Assembly: GCA_000004695.1 (NCBI GenBank)
Contig: CM000153.2
Location: 3,040,001 to 3,104,000 of the forward strand
Direction: 5' to 3'
Origin: Dictyostelium discoideum
Lineage: Eukaryota
DNA: 64,000 bases
A model generated the notes under the pieces. That model did not search any database. It saw only the letters and a program-made list of their open reading frames with translations, and was not told the DNA's origin. A program made the translations under genes and the position numbers. The number at the start of each line of letters is the position of its first letter. The first letter of the stretch is position 1. Positions 11,378 to 22,766 of this stretch are shown here, piece after piece.

Positions 11378-12946
11378 CTAAAGTGTATATTCTTCACCTT
11401 CACTCTCTGAATTTTCATTACTATTATTAATATTATTATTATGGGTATTATTATTTGATCCAAATTTATTTAAATTTCTATTACTACCACTATTATTACT
11501 ACTTCCATTACTGCTAATACTAAAAAAAAAAAAATTTGGAAATGTTGAAAAAAAAAATCTTAAAAATGAACTTGAGGATTTTGAATTTGATAGTTTTGGA
11601 ACACCATGTCTCCATTCATCTTGATTATTACTATTTGGTGAGCCAAATTTGGATTTATCAGGACTTTTACTTAAATTATAATCAATTGATGAGTTTAAAT
11701 TTGATTGGTGCCTATTATTATTATTATTATTATCTATATTATTATTATTATAATTATTATTATTTTGTTTATCAAATGAAGAATTTAAAGAAGGTTTAAA
11801 ATTATTTTCAAAACTATTTAAAACATTAATTGAAGAATCTGGATTTGGTAAAGTTGAAATTGCTTTCCAATTACCATCATTATATACAAGTTCCCATTGA
11901 GCTCTTTGAGCTTTTAGGGTAAGACTATTTTCAATTAGTTGAACGATTGCATTTTGAATTTCAGATAACCATTGTGAACGTACTTGTTGGCTTTCACAAA
12001 CGAAATAATGAGTTTTAATGGGTGAAACTAAAAAAAAAGAAGTTGTATCTTCAGAGTTGAAAATTGTCATTGCAGTTACTAATGGAATGATTTTATCAAC
12101 TTTACTAATAGTAGTACCAGATAGTGGTGTGATTGAACTAATTGTAATTAGGATATCATTACAAAGGTAAACCATTCTATTTTGAATGGAATTATCACGT
12201 AATGATTTCTTTTGTAGTTTGCCCTCTTTAATGAGTTTTCTGTGCGCTTCCACTAGATTTGGGTAAGTTAATGGTCCTAAATATTTTGCATGTGTATCGA
12301 ATATATTCTGTAATGCTATTAGTTTCTTTCGATTTTGGTCCTCACTTATACCGTCATTTACAACCTGTGCTATATTTTTCAATTGAGTTGCTGCCAATGA
12401 GCATTGATGATAATCTTTATGTGTGGGTTTGGTGGCTGTATATAATGCTTCCAATAATAGTATATATCGTGGTACCCTTTGAATTGGTGCTATCAATAGT
12501 GAGGGTAGATCCAATGATTTACAACGTATATCTTTTTCACGTGCTTTTAACCATAGATTAAATTGTGGTGTATTGGTTCTAAGATTCTTTAATGTTTCAA
12601 TTGAGTTACTATAATTTTCTGAATATTGTTTATAACATTTAAAAAATGGACTTAAACTAACAAATATATCTCCCATACCTTGTTCGGGTGACCATTGTTT
12701 TAATCTTGGATCAATCTTTTCAAATAATATATTACTTAATCCATAGATATTCTCTATATGTGAAAATATTGAATGAATATCACTCTCTTTAATAGTCCAT
12801 TGAAATCCTTCTACTGATTCTTGTTTACAAATTAACATCATTGGTTTTAAAAATAATTCAATAATTGTATTTAATTGTTCATTATAATATTTTTCTGTTG
12901 ACCAAATTTCTTTTGAAATTTCTCTTCTTTTAATTTCCAGTTTAAC
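11378..12946 (-). CDS. Rho guanine-nucleotide exchange factor (DH domain followed by a PH-like region) with an Asn/Ser-rich C-terminus. The 5' exon(s) are not resolved.
   Basis: DH signature ...DIRCKSLDLPSLLIAPIQRVPRYILLLEALYTAT... The frame stays open upstream of the annotated Met as ...KLEIKRREISKEIWSTEKYYNEQLNTIIELFLKPMM (start of the DH domain) up to an AG acceptor near 12946, so at least one more upstream exon exists. Confidence 0.7.
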   Translation of the reverse strand, partial: VKLEIKRREISKEIWSTEKYYNEQLNTIIELFLKPMMLICKQESVEGFQWTIKESDIHSIFSHIENIYGLSNILFEKIDPRLKQWSPEQGMGDIFVSLSPFFKCYKQYSENYSNSIETLKNLRTNTPQFNLWLKAREKDIRCKSLDLPSLLIAPIQRVPRYILLLEALYTATKPTHKDYHQCSLAATQLKNIAQVVNDGISEDQNRKKLIALQNIFDTHAKYLGPLTYPNLVEAHRKLIKEGKLQKKSLRDNSIQNRMVYLCNDILITISSITPLSGTTISKVDKIIPLVTAMTIFNSEDTTSFFLVSPIKTHYFVCESQQVRSQWLSEIQNAIVQLIENSLTLKAQRAQWELVYNDGNWKAISTLPNPDSSINVLNSFENNFKPSLNSSFDKQNNNNYNNNNIDNNNNNNRHQSNLNSSIDYNLSKSPDKSKFGSPNSNNQDEWRHGVPKLSNSKSSSSFLRFFFSTFPNFFFFSISSNGSSNNSGSNRNLNKFGSNNNTHNNNINNSNENSESEGEEYTL

Positions 12947-12986
12947 TATTTTAGGTTAATAAAAAAAAAAAATTAATTTTTTATGG

Positions 12987-13017
<31 letters not shown>

Positions 13018-13970
13018 GCATAATAAAATAAAATAATTTTAACCTACTAATTTTTAAATAGTTTTTTCTTTGAACATAGGCTGCAAATGCTGACCCAATA
13101 ACAGATTTCTCATTTTTTGTAAGGTAAACCATTTAAAAATATTATTATTATTAACTATTTTTATTTTTTTTATTTTTATTTTTTTTATTTTTTTTATTTT
13201 TTGATTGTCGGATTATTTTTTTATATTTTTTATATTTTTTATTTTTTTAAAAAATATTTAATCGATTTGATTTGTTATTTATTATTTTTATCTTTTTAAT
13301 GTAATAGTATGATGTAAGGAGGTAAAAAAAAAAAAAAAAAAAAAAATCAATTTTGGTTTTTTTTTTTTTTTTTTGAAATTGATTGATCAATTGAATGTTT
13401 TATGTGAAATAAATGATTTTTCCAAATCATAAAGAAAAAGTCAAAAAAAATAAAAAATAAAAAATAAAAAAAAAAAAAATAAAAAAAAAAAAAAAATAAA
13501 AAAAGTACATTTTCAAACTGTTTCGAAATTTTGGAGTAAACAATGGCTTAATTGTCGTTGTTAATTTAAAAATAACAAAAATGTTAAAATACGTTCGACA
13601 TGGAAAATATGTTTTTTTTTAATCAAATAAATAAAATAAAAAAAATTAAAAAATTAAAAAATAATAGAAAATAAAAAAAAAAAATCAATGGTGCAAATAT
13701 TATATTAGATATTTTCATGATGTTTTTTTGAAAAAAAAAAAAATTAAAGAAAAAAAAAAGAAAAAAAAAAAAATTTAAAGTTTGAAAAAATAGGTGACCC
13801 ACTACTATTATCTTTGTTTACAATCGCAAATCTTTTTTTTTTAATTAAACTATCTTTTTTTTTTTTTTGTTTTTTCACTCATTCATTATTTTATTTTTTT
13901 TTTTTTTTTTTTTTACATTTTTTTTTTTTCTTTATAATATATATATATATTTTATTATCTTTTTATAAAG

Positions 13971-14847
13971 ATGGATATTTCAAAAATTGGAAATAATACA
14001 TATGCATTATATCGTAAATATAAGGTAATGCTTCCAAGTGGAATAAATTGGTTTGCACCATTTCCAGGATACGACAACGATTTACCAAAAGAAGTTGAAG
14101 CTATAGTTTCAATAACACCATTTGATTACTCAAATATAATTGATAATGTTAATTTAATTATCAAAACAAATGACATAAAGAAAAGAAAAGTTATTCTTTA
14201 TTTAATAATTTCATTAGTTATTGGTTGTTTAGTACCAATTTTAAAATATGCACCATGGTATATTTTAATGATCACTTGTATCATTGTATATTCTTCAATA
14301 TTTATTTTAATTACAAAATTAATATTATCAATTAATAATGTAAGTTATTTATTCTTTTTTTTTAGAAAAAAAAAAAACAAAAAAAGTGATAAATTAATTG
14401 ATTTTCTTTTTCCAAAAAAAAAAAAAAAAAAAAAAAAAAAAGATGAAAAATGAAGTGGATCAAAAGATTAAAGAATTTAATTCAAAATATTTTGAAACAC
14501 TTGGAATAAAGTTTACGTTTAAAACTAAAAAAAATACAACAAGACATTATCCATATAAATTGAGATTATTATACCCACTCTCTCAACAACAATTAGAATT
14601 AATTAGACAATTCCAAAATATTGATAAACAATATAAAGCAGATGCATTGGACCAAATAATTAATGTTAAACCACATAAATTACAACAAAAAAATCAACCA
14701 CAAAAACAACAACAACCATCATCATCACCATCTTCAAAACAAAATGAAAATCATCAACAACAACAAATAATTGATATCGGATTTGATAATGATTTTGGAG
14801 ATTATGATGATAATTATGATGATAATTCATCACTTTTACAAAAATAA
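13971..14847 (+). CDS. Hypothetical membrane protein. Two exons: 13971..14339 and 14443..14847. Two predicted TM helices in exon 1; Gln-rich acidic tail.
   Basis: GTAAGT donor at 14340, A-rich intron, AG acceptor at 14441-42. Exon 1 is 369 nt (phase 0). Exon 2 MKNEVDQKIKEF... is in frame through the stop at 14847. Confidence 0.55.
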
Positions 14848-15335
14848 ATTATTAATATAATAAATTGTTATATACAAATAATTACAATAAAATAAAAAAA
14901 ATAAAAAAAACCTTTGATCAATTATTATTTTATTTACCCCGATCTCACTTGGATCTTACTTAAACTTTTAATTGTTTTTTTTTTATTTTTATTTTTTTTT
15001 ATTTTTTTTTTTTTTTAATTTTATTTTTTTTTAATTTTTTTTTTTTTAATTTTTTTTTTTTTTTTTCCACACAAAAAAAAAAAAAAATCAAAATTTAAAA
15101 AATCTTTCCTCCTCACCACCTTTGTACTATATACTTTTTAATAAATTAAACTTTCAATATTTATTTATTTATTTATTTATTTATTTTTTTTAAAAAAATT
15201 TAAATTTATATAAAAAATATAGTAAAAAAAGTTTTTTTTATATCATACACACAACACAACACATCACACACACCATATATATCTTGTAATATTAAAAAAA
15301 AAAAAAAAAAAAAAAGAAAGAAAAAAAAAAAAAAA

Positions 15336-16667
15336 ATGGTATTAATTACAAGATATTTACCATCAGTAACAGATAATAATCAACCAGCATTAGAAGGTCA
15401 AAGTAAAGATCAAATTGTTGATACAGTTATTACAAGTACTACAGTTGGTATTATTAATCAATTAACAATGTTAGTTGCACATTCCAATAGTATTTTCACA
15501 GCTTTAGCTAATGATGCAAATTTGGTAACACAAAGAATTGAGAAATTAGGATCTAGAATTAGACCACTCATTCAATCAATACCATCGATTGAAGATTATC
15601 ATAGAAATACATCAATCGATACAATGAATAGTAAACCAAGAGCAGAGTTTCATGCTGATAACAGTGAAAGAAATCAACATTTTACTCATGCCTCAATACC
15701 GGCATCAATCAATACTGTCTATGAAAAATGTAAACCACCACCAAATCTTCAATTATTGGACCCATACATGGACGATGGTCAAAAATCATTAAAACTCTAC
15801 ACCAATCCAGACTTTTTCATGGATGAATGGGTTGCTGAACAACAAAAACTTCATGAAGAGGCCAGACAAAGAAAACGTGAGCGTAGAGAAGCACGTTTAA
15901 AGAAAAAAGGTGAAAAGAATGAAGTAGAGGTTAAAAAAGTTAAATCCGTTACAAAGGTACGTTATGATCCTGTAACTGGTGAGAAAATTACTATCAATAT
16001 TGAAAGTCCACACACTTCATCACCACAAATTCAACATCAATCCAACAACACCGCCACTCCACAACATACCACCCAACACTTTGGTACCAATCAATACCAA
16101 GCACCACCACCACCACCATTATCTCAATCTTCACCATCTCAACAACATTCACCAATCAATTCCTATACTCCACCTCCACCACCATTAAATACAAGCACCC
16201 CTTCACCATCCTCTTCATTCCAAGGTAGACCACCTTCAACTGGTTTCAATACTCCACCACCACCAATGTCAAATAATAATAATATGCCACCACCACCACC
16301 AATGCAACAAAATGGTGGAGCTGCAAACAATCGTTTATCAGTCCATAACTCGGCTCCAATTGTTGCTGCTCCAGCTCCACCACCACCACCACCACCACCT
16401 TCAGCACCTGCCCCACCACCACCTCCAATGGCTAAAGCTGGTGGAGGTGCCTCTGACATTAAACCAAAAGCATCCGGTGCTCGTTCAGATCTTCTCTCTT
16501 CAATTATGCAAGGTATGGCATTAAAACCAGCTGAAGAACGTAAGGTTGCTGAAGCTCCAAAGAAAGAAGAAGCATTGAATGTAGCTGATATTCTCGCTAG
16601 ACGTATTGCTTGGGCTGGTGATAGTGATTCCTCTGAAGATGAATCTGATGATTCTGATTGGGATTAA
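15336..16667 (+). CDS. scrA: SCAR/WAVE actin-nucleation promoting factor. It has the SCAR homology domain, a basic region, a poly-Pro region, a WH2 motif and an acidic tail with a terminal Trp. Single exon, 443 aa.
   Basis: N-terminus MVLITRYLPSVTDNNQPALEGQ...INQLTMLVAHSNSIFTALANDANLVTQRIEKLGSRI is the SHD. The PPPPPPPP tracts are followed by WH2 RSDLLSSIMQGMALKP and acidic ...DSDSSEDESDDSDWD*, i.e. a VCA region. Confidence 0.9.
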   Translation: MVLITRYLPSVTDNNQPALEGQSKDQIVDTVITSTTVGIINQLTMLVAHSNSIFTALANDANLVTQRIEKLGSRIRPLIQSIPSIEDYHRNTSIDTMNSKPRAEFHADNSERNQHFTHASIPASINTVYEKCKPPPNLQLLDPYMDDGQKSLKLYTNPDFFMDEWVAEQQKLHEEARQRKRERREARLKKKGEKNEVEVKKVKSVTKVRYDPVTGEKITINIESPHTSSPQIQHQSNNTATPQHTTQHFGTNQYQAPPPPPLSQSSPSQQHSPINSYTPPPPPLNTSTPSPSSSFQGRPPSTGFNTPPPPMSNNNNMPPPPPMQQNGGAANNRLSVHNSAPIVAAPAPPPPPPPPSAPAPPPPPMAKAGGGASDIKPKASGARSDLLSSIMQGMALKPAEERKVAEAPKKEEALNVADILARRIAWAGDSDSSEDESDDSDWD

Positions 16668-17090
16668 AAAATATATTTTTGGTACCAAAAACTATCACTC
16701 TTGCGAAATTTAAGTTATAAAAAGAAAAAAAAAATAATAAAAAAATTTAAGTTAATAAAAAAAAATATAATAAGAATAATGCATAATCATTTTAATTTAC
16801 GTGTCCTGTTTTGATGGATTTTTTTTTTTTTTTGAGTTAAAGGTATTACTTTATTTATTTATTCAATTTTTATAATTATTAAATTATTAATTATAAAATT
16901 TGTTTAAAAATAAATGTATAAAATAATAAATAATTTTAATAATGGAAAAGTATTTATAATAAATTGGGTGTTTGCAATAATTATTTGAACTTTTTAGTAT
17001 TGTATGTTGTCTGTTGTTGTTTGTTTGTTTGTTTTTTGAAACTCAAGGTTATAACATCCGAAGTTCGGATTTTTATGAAAAATCCAAAAG

Positions 17091-17162
17091 CTCCCTGTCC
17101 GGGAATTGAACCCGGGCCTTTCGCGTGACAGGCGAAAATCCTCACCACTAGACCAACAAGGA
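17091..17162 (-). tRNA. tRNA-Asp (anticodon GUC), 72 nt.
   Basis: The reverse complement is TCCTTGTTGGTCTAGTGGTGAGGATTTTCGCCTGTCACGCGAAAGGCCCGGGTTCAATTCCCGGACAGGGAG. It has a 7-bp acceptor stem, anticodon loop CUGUCAC, a B box GGTTCAATTCC, and is identical to the plus-strand copy at 33029..33100. Confidence 0.92.
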
Positions 17163-17197
17163 TATTTGATATTTTTTGTTATCGAATTGCATAATTT

Positions 17198-17248
17198 GGT
17201 ATAATACAGCCAATTCAAAAAAAAAAAAAAAACGGTATAATACAACCA
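17198..17248 (+). repeat. 15-bp direct duplication (ggtataatacagcca / ggtataatacaacca) flanking an A16 tract, 36-86 bp upstream of the minus-strand tRNA-Asp 5' end (17162). It looks like target-site duplications around a vestigial poly(A) retro-insertion.
   Basis: 17198..17212 and 17234..17248 share 14 of 15 bases, separated by 'attc' + A16 + 'c'. Confidence 0.4.
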
Positions 17249-18105
17249 TGAAATAATTTGTGAAATAATATTTCAAATAATAATTTTATTAATTTCATCA
17301 AAGATCAAAAATAATATTTTTTATTTAATTTTATTATTAATAATTATGTCACTCATTTAATTTATTATAAATATAAAAAAAAAATTTATTTTTAATTCAG
17401 GTTGTTAATCTCAATGTTAAGCGATAAAAGCTATTAAATAAAAATATAAATAAATAAATATAAATATAAATATAAATATAAATTAATATATAAAGTGTTT
17501 TAAAGATTATTAAATATAAAATTAAGATTAAATTTTAAATATAAATAAAAATTATAATATTTGTAATATAATTACAAAAGACCACTTTCGTTACATTTTT
17601 TTGTAATAAAGCTCGTTTGGTTTATTTTTAATTAATATATTTATATTTAAGATTTATATATTTGTTTAATATTTTGTTATCTTCATTTATAGTTTGTATT
17701 TTAATTATAATAATCGGATAATATTTATAAAATTAATATTTAGTATTTATATTGTTTATAATGAGTTGATAGAATTATTATTATTATTATTTAAATGTGT
17801 GTCATAAATAAAACTAATTATTATTGTTTATTTCATTAATGGATAAACCCTGATTAATCAATATTAAAAATTGAAGCTTATTCCATTATTAAATTTAATT
17901 TTTTTTGTGATCATTTGTATTTTTTTACAAATAATAATAATATAAATAATATAAATATAATAATAAAAATATATTAAATATGATAATAAAAATAATTATA
18001 AAATATAATTAAATAAATATATTTGATTTAAATAATAAAAGTTATAATAAATAAATAATAAAAAAGAGACCAAAAAACTATTATTATTATTTTTATCATT
18101 TATTT

Positions 18106-20463
18106 TTAATGAGAACAAGTTGCAGCATATTCGCAGCAATCATTGCATAAATCTTTTGGACTTTTTTCAAGTTTAAATGATACACATTTTAGACCTTGTG
18201 ATTGACAATTTAAATCATAACATGATAGACAATTTGTTTTGAGACAAATGGCATTATTTTCAAAATTATAACAACCTTCTCCTTTTCCACATTTTTTATT
18301 ATAGCATTTATCATATGGTAGTGATGATGTTGTTACTCCTGATGTTGAAGACAAAGTTGAGGATAGAGTTGAAGATAAAGTTGTTGCTAATGTTGAAGAT
18401 AAAGTTGATGAAATGGTTGAAATTAGTGTCGAGGAAACATCAGTAGATACAGCTGTCAAAGATATGGTTGAGCCAAATGTTGAAGCTATAGTTGAAGCAA
18501 GGGTAGTTGCTATTGTTGAAGCAATTGTTCCTTCATCAGATACTGGGCTTGTGGATATTGTTGATGCTAATGAAATTGGGATTTCACTAACTGTTTGTGG
18601 TGGTGTTGTTGGTGTTCCTGTTGTTTGCGATGTTGTTGTTGTGGTTGTTGTTGAAGTCAAACCAATAGTTGAACCTATTGTTGAAGCAATTGTTGAGCCC
18701 AAAGTTGAAGCAGTTGTTATATCAATATCACTAGAACTTTCTTGATTACTTGAGTTTTCAATTGAAGAACTACCACAATCAATAATTTCAGAATAAACAC
18801 ATTGTCCATTTGATATATCACATTGTCCAACTATACAAGGGTTAATATGAGTACAATTAACAGGTTTAACTATACAAAGGCCTAGAAGAAAAGGATCACA
18901 CTCTTGAATTTCACATGGGTTTGATGAAATACAAGCTGAACTATCACATGGAATACAATTTGGAATAAAAGTATTTACGCACCCAACAGGAGGATCACAT
19001 TCATCTATTGTGCAGGGATTAGAATCATCACATGAAATATCAGTTGAAACACAACCTTGATAAAGATGACACTCTTGAGAAACACATAAATTTCCAGGAT
19101 ACTCTTCTGTACAATTGAATTCATTATGTTGACAATTAAATTCATCAATACATATACCTTTTTCACAAAAATATTCATCAGTTGGACACTGTGGACTACC
19201 TTCAAAACATCTACATGCTTTTGTTTAATTGAAAAAATTTAATTTATAAATATTTTTGTAAATTACTTGGAAAAGTTTTTTTTTTTTTTTTTTTTTTTTT
19301 TACTACTTACATGAACCATCACCATAACAAACACCACAATCATCAAAATAATCACAATTTAGTGGATACTCTGATTTAATTCTTGAGTTTTTTATTAAAA
19401 AAGAGAGCAGTTTTAAAATAAATAAAATATAATAAAGTAAAAAAAAATAAAAAAAACTTTACATACTCAAAATAATGAATGTTTGGTCTATATTTTCTAT
19501 TACAATTAATGATTGAAGTTTGGATTGGCTCACCACCCCCACCAAAATCTGTTAGTAGAAATCCAACATCTCTGTATTCTACAATTCCAAGATATTCAGA
19601 TACAGGTCTTCCATTAACATAAACGAATAAATCATCAGAGTGACTAATAGAAACAAAGGTTGATTGATGTATTGTGGGGATAATTGTAAAGAAATCAAAA
19701 CGAATACACCATTTATAATTATGATCCAATCCTTCATTACCAAATCCCGCATAGTCAACTTTTAAATTAAAATATTAAATGATAATAGTAAAGAAAAAAA
19801 AAAAAAAAAAAAAAAAAAACTTATTAATATGTTAAAAAATAAAATAAAATAATAATTATTATATACTTACTTGGGAAAAAACTGGGACTGCCAAAATAAT
19901 GGCCATCAAAATACATATTACCATGCCCAGGGTAATTTACCAGAGGATCTTCTTCTGTAATCCATGATATTAAAGTGGTTTGATTATGTATCTAAATTAT
20001 TTTAATGGTTTTAATATAAAAACAATAAAATTATAATATAATGCATAAAAAAAAAAATAAAAAAATAAAATTACCAATTCATAAGTATTTGTATCATCTA
20101 ATGTTGGTTGACTACCTAGTGAATAATCTAAACCCAATCCAAATGGACCCCATACTGGAAAAGTATTGGATTGAAAGGTGAAAGTGTTATCAGGAACTAA
20201 ATTCTTATCAAAGTCTATGTTTCTATCAGATTGATCAAAATACAAAAATTCTACATTTTGTGACAAAACTATTTTTTTATAAAAAAGTATTTATAATTAT
20301 TGATTTAATATATTATTCTTTATTTTGTTTCCTCAATCTAATTTGATTTATTTTTATTTTCATTTTTATTTTTGGAATAAAGAAGAAATTGATATTTACC
20401 ATTTATTACAAATAAAATTTGAACAAATATAATTATGATCAAGTTTTTATTTATTATAACCAT
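18106..20463 (-). CDS. Secreted or cell-surface protein with an N-terminal signal peptide, a PA14-like domain, multiple Cys-rich EGF-like repeats, a Ser/Thr-rich O-glycosylation region and a C-terminal Cys-rich knot. Psi (prespore-inducing factor)-family-like. Six exons.
   Basis: Exon 1 (20463..20400) encodes MVIINKNLIIIIFVQILFVIN. Donors and acceptors read on the minus strand: GTAAAT, GTAATT, GTAAGT, GTAAAG, GTAAGT; acceptors at about 20264, 19991, 19762, 19387, 19217. Middle exons encode ...FTFQSNTFPVWGPFGLGLDYSLGSQPTLDDTNTYEL / IHNQTTLISWITEEDPLVNYPGHGNMYFDGHYFGSPSFFPK / VDYAGFGNEGLDHNYKWCIRFDFF...VYVNGRPVSEYLGIVEYRDVGFLLTDFGGGGEPIQ (PA14-like). The last exon (about 19217..18106) encodes ~20 Cys in CxxxC/EGF-like spacing, STIASTIGSTIG Thr/Ser repeats and ...CNDCCEYAATCSH*. 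Confidence 0.65.
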
Positions 20464-20788
20464 TTTATTATTTATATATTAATAAAATAATTATTTATAT
20501 ATATTAATAAAATAATAATTATTTTTTTTGTGGGTAAAAAAAAAAAAAAAAACTTCCATATATTTACCCCATTTTCAATATCTTGTAAAAACACCTTTTG
20601 CTCTGAAAATTAAATAAAAAAGAAATCAATGTAAATATATATATATTCCCCCCATTTCAAAAAAAAAAAAAAAAAAAAATTATTTACCACTATCAATAAT
20701 ATTATTTTGTTTGTTTGATTTGCCAATATCTTTTAGTGTTTTATTTAATTAAATTAATTTATGATTTAATTAATTATCTTTTTTCTAG

Positions 20789-20827
<39 letters not shown>

Positions 20828-20849
20828 AGTTAATTAAAGTATTAATAGT

Positions 20850-21630
20850 TTAATTTATTTCTTTTTGATTTTGTTGTGGTTGTTTTGAAGGATTCTTTTG
20901 TTTTTTTACTTTTCTAAAGACAGTAGTAGTAGTGGTGGTGGTGTTGCTGTTGTTGGTAATATCAGATTCATCATTATCTTCAATATTGTCATTATCTTTT
21001 ATTAATAAATTACTTTTATTATTATTTGATTGTTGCCAAACTCTTGGATCGAATTTATTTACAGTTTCAACATCTAATTGAAGATTAAAAGAGTTTTTAG
21101 TTTTACCAGATGATAAATCGACACCCACCGAATCCAAACCATAAACATTTGCAACTGCTAAAACACTACCTTTTCCACAGAATGGGTCAATGATAGTTGT
21201 TGAACCAATAGAACGACAATAAAGTATTGCAATTACACAAGCATTTAAACCCATAGCTTTTGACCAAACCATTGAACCTCTACCACCAATATCTGGTGTA
21301 TTCTCTTGATATTTGATATTGGTTGGATTCTTTGAAAAACAAATCATATGAGTGAATGTTGCTTTATTATTTGAAATGTTACTATGTGCTGTCATAATCT
21401 TATGCCAAATGACTTTACAACCTGATATCTCTGCTCCTTTTTGTGCTAAATATCCTTTATCAACATATTCTTCAATTATACCTCTATCCATTTTCCATTT
21501 TTTTTTAATATCAGTTTGATAAACAATTGCAACATTTTTTTCATCTAACTAAAAATAATTAAAAATTAGTTATAAGTATATATTAAAAAAAGGTTTTTTT
21601 TTTTTTTTTTTTTTTTTTAATTAAACTATG

Positions 21631-21702
<72 letters not shown>

Positions 21703-21980
21703 TATATATATATATATATATTTATAAAATACCTTTGAAGTAATTAAAGAAACAGTATCAGTGAACCATTGTTTATATTGTTCTAAATTCATACTTGATA
21801 CTTCACTTATATCAGGTAATGAAGTAATAACACTTGATTGTGGTGAAATTTCATTTTCCTTTAACCATTGTACTGCATCCATACAATAAATATCTCTATA
21901 AACACCAACTCTATCTAAAATACCATTCTTTTTATTTAATTCTAATGATTCTGCTGTAATTTCTTCATCTTTATTATTAC

Positions 21981-22058
<78 letters not shown>

Positions 22059-22356
22059 TATTATTTTCATTTTCATTTTGTTGTTGGTTTGAAATATCAT
22101 CAGTACCTGCTCCTAAATGATTGAATTGAGTTTGTTTTGACTTAGCACCAAAATATCTTTCTAAAATGATGTATTTCTTCATAAAATCTTTTTCTTCTTT
22201 TAAATTTAAAACAAACGGTTTATTTTTATTTATTTTATTTTTATTTTTATTTGTTATTGTTGTATTTTTTAAATTTTCTTCATTATTTGAACAATCATTG
22301 TTTGAAGCTATTGTTTCACTAATGTTATCATTATCTGTATTTTGGTCTTTATCCAT
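20850..22356 (-). CDS. Hypothetical protein, possibly a SAM-dependent methyltransferase-like protein (motif-I-like IIDPFCGKGSVLAVA), with long Asn tracts. Two exons: 22356..~21738 and ~21551..20850.
   Basis: Upstream exon ...LDRVGVYRDIYCMDAVQWLKENEISPQSSVITSLPDISEV...TDTVSLITSK, then a GTATTT.. donor. The intron holds a pure (TAT/AAT)n microsatellite (21636..21728) and ends tttttag at 21552. Downstream exon LDEKNVAIVYQTDIKKKWKMDRGIIEEY...DIGGRGSMVWSKAMGLNACVIAILYCRSIGSTTIIDPFCGKGSVLAVANVYGLDSVGVDLS. The family call is tentative. Confidence 0.45.
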
Positions 22357-22766
22357 TTTATTTTATTTTTTTTCTAATTATAATTTTTTGTTTTTAAAAA
22401 AAAAAAAGTTGATAAAAAAAAAAAAAAAAAAAAAAAAAGGCTAAGGAAAAAAAAGTTGAAAAAAAAAAAAAAGTTAAGAAAAAAAGAAAAAAGTTGAAAA
22501 AAAAAAAAAAAATGGAAAAAGGAGAAAATATAAATAATCATAACTATTTATTATATAAATAATGAAATTAGTATTCAACAATAACTACAACCAATGCGGA
22601 GAATAATAAAAATATAACACTAACCTGTCATTTTAAGAAACAATTCCATTATCCCTAATTTTAAAACTTTTTGTCATTGTTTTTTTCTTTTTTTTTTTTT
22701 TTTTTTTTTTGGAAAAAATAAATTTGGAATGGTTAAAATCAAATTGTGTTTTAATTTTTTTTAAAT

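Noticed and set aside
12259-12561. 100-aa plus-strand ORF
   Set aside because: Antisense to the RhoGEF DH-domain exon, with no independent support.
13501-13620. Slightly GC-richer segment (…cgaaattttggagtaaacaatggcttaattgtcgttg…) considered as a possible small RNA gene
   Set aside because: No recognisable snRNA or snoRNA box motifs (no C/D or H/ACA boxes, no Sm site) could be identified by eye. It is more likely the 5' UTR or promoter region of the flanking genes.
16163-16459. Gly-rich minus-strand ORFs and His-rich plus-strand ORFs inside scrA (also 15979..16188, 16246..16428, 16312..16524)
   Set aside because: These are alternative-frame and antisense readings of the CCA/CCT poly-proline region of SCAR.
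17250-18100. Possible hidden gene or ncRNA in the long AT-rich stretch downstream of tRNA-Asp
   Set aside because: Only low-complexity (aaatat)n-like sequence with no ORF longer than 60 codons with protein-like composition and no GC-containing structured segment. It is treated as intergenic.
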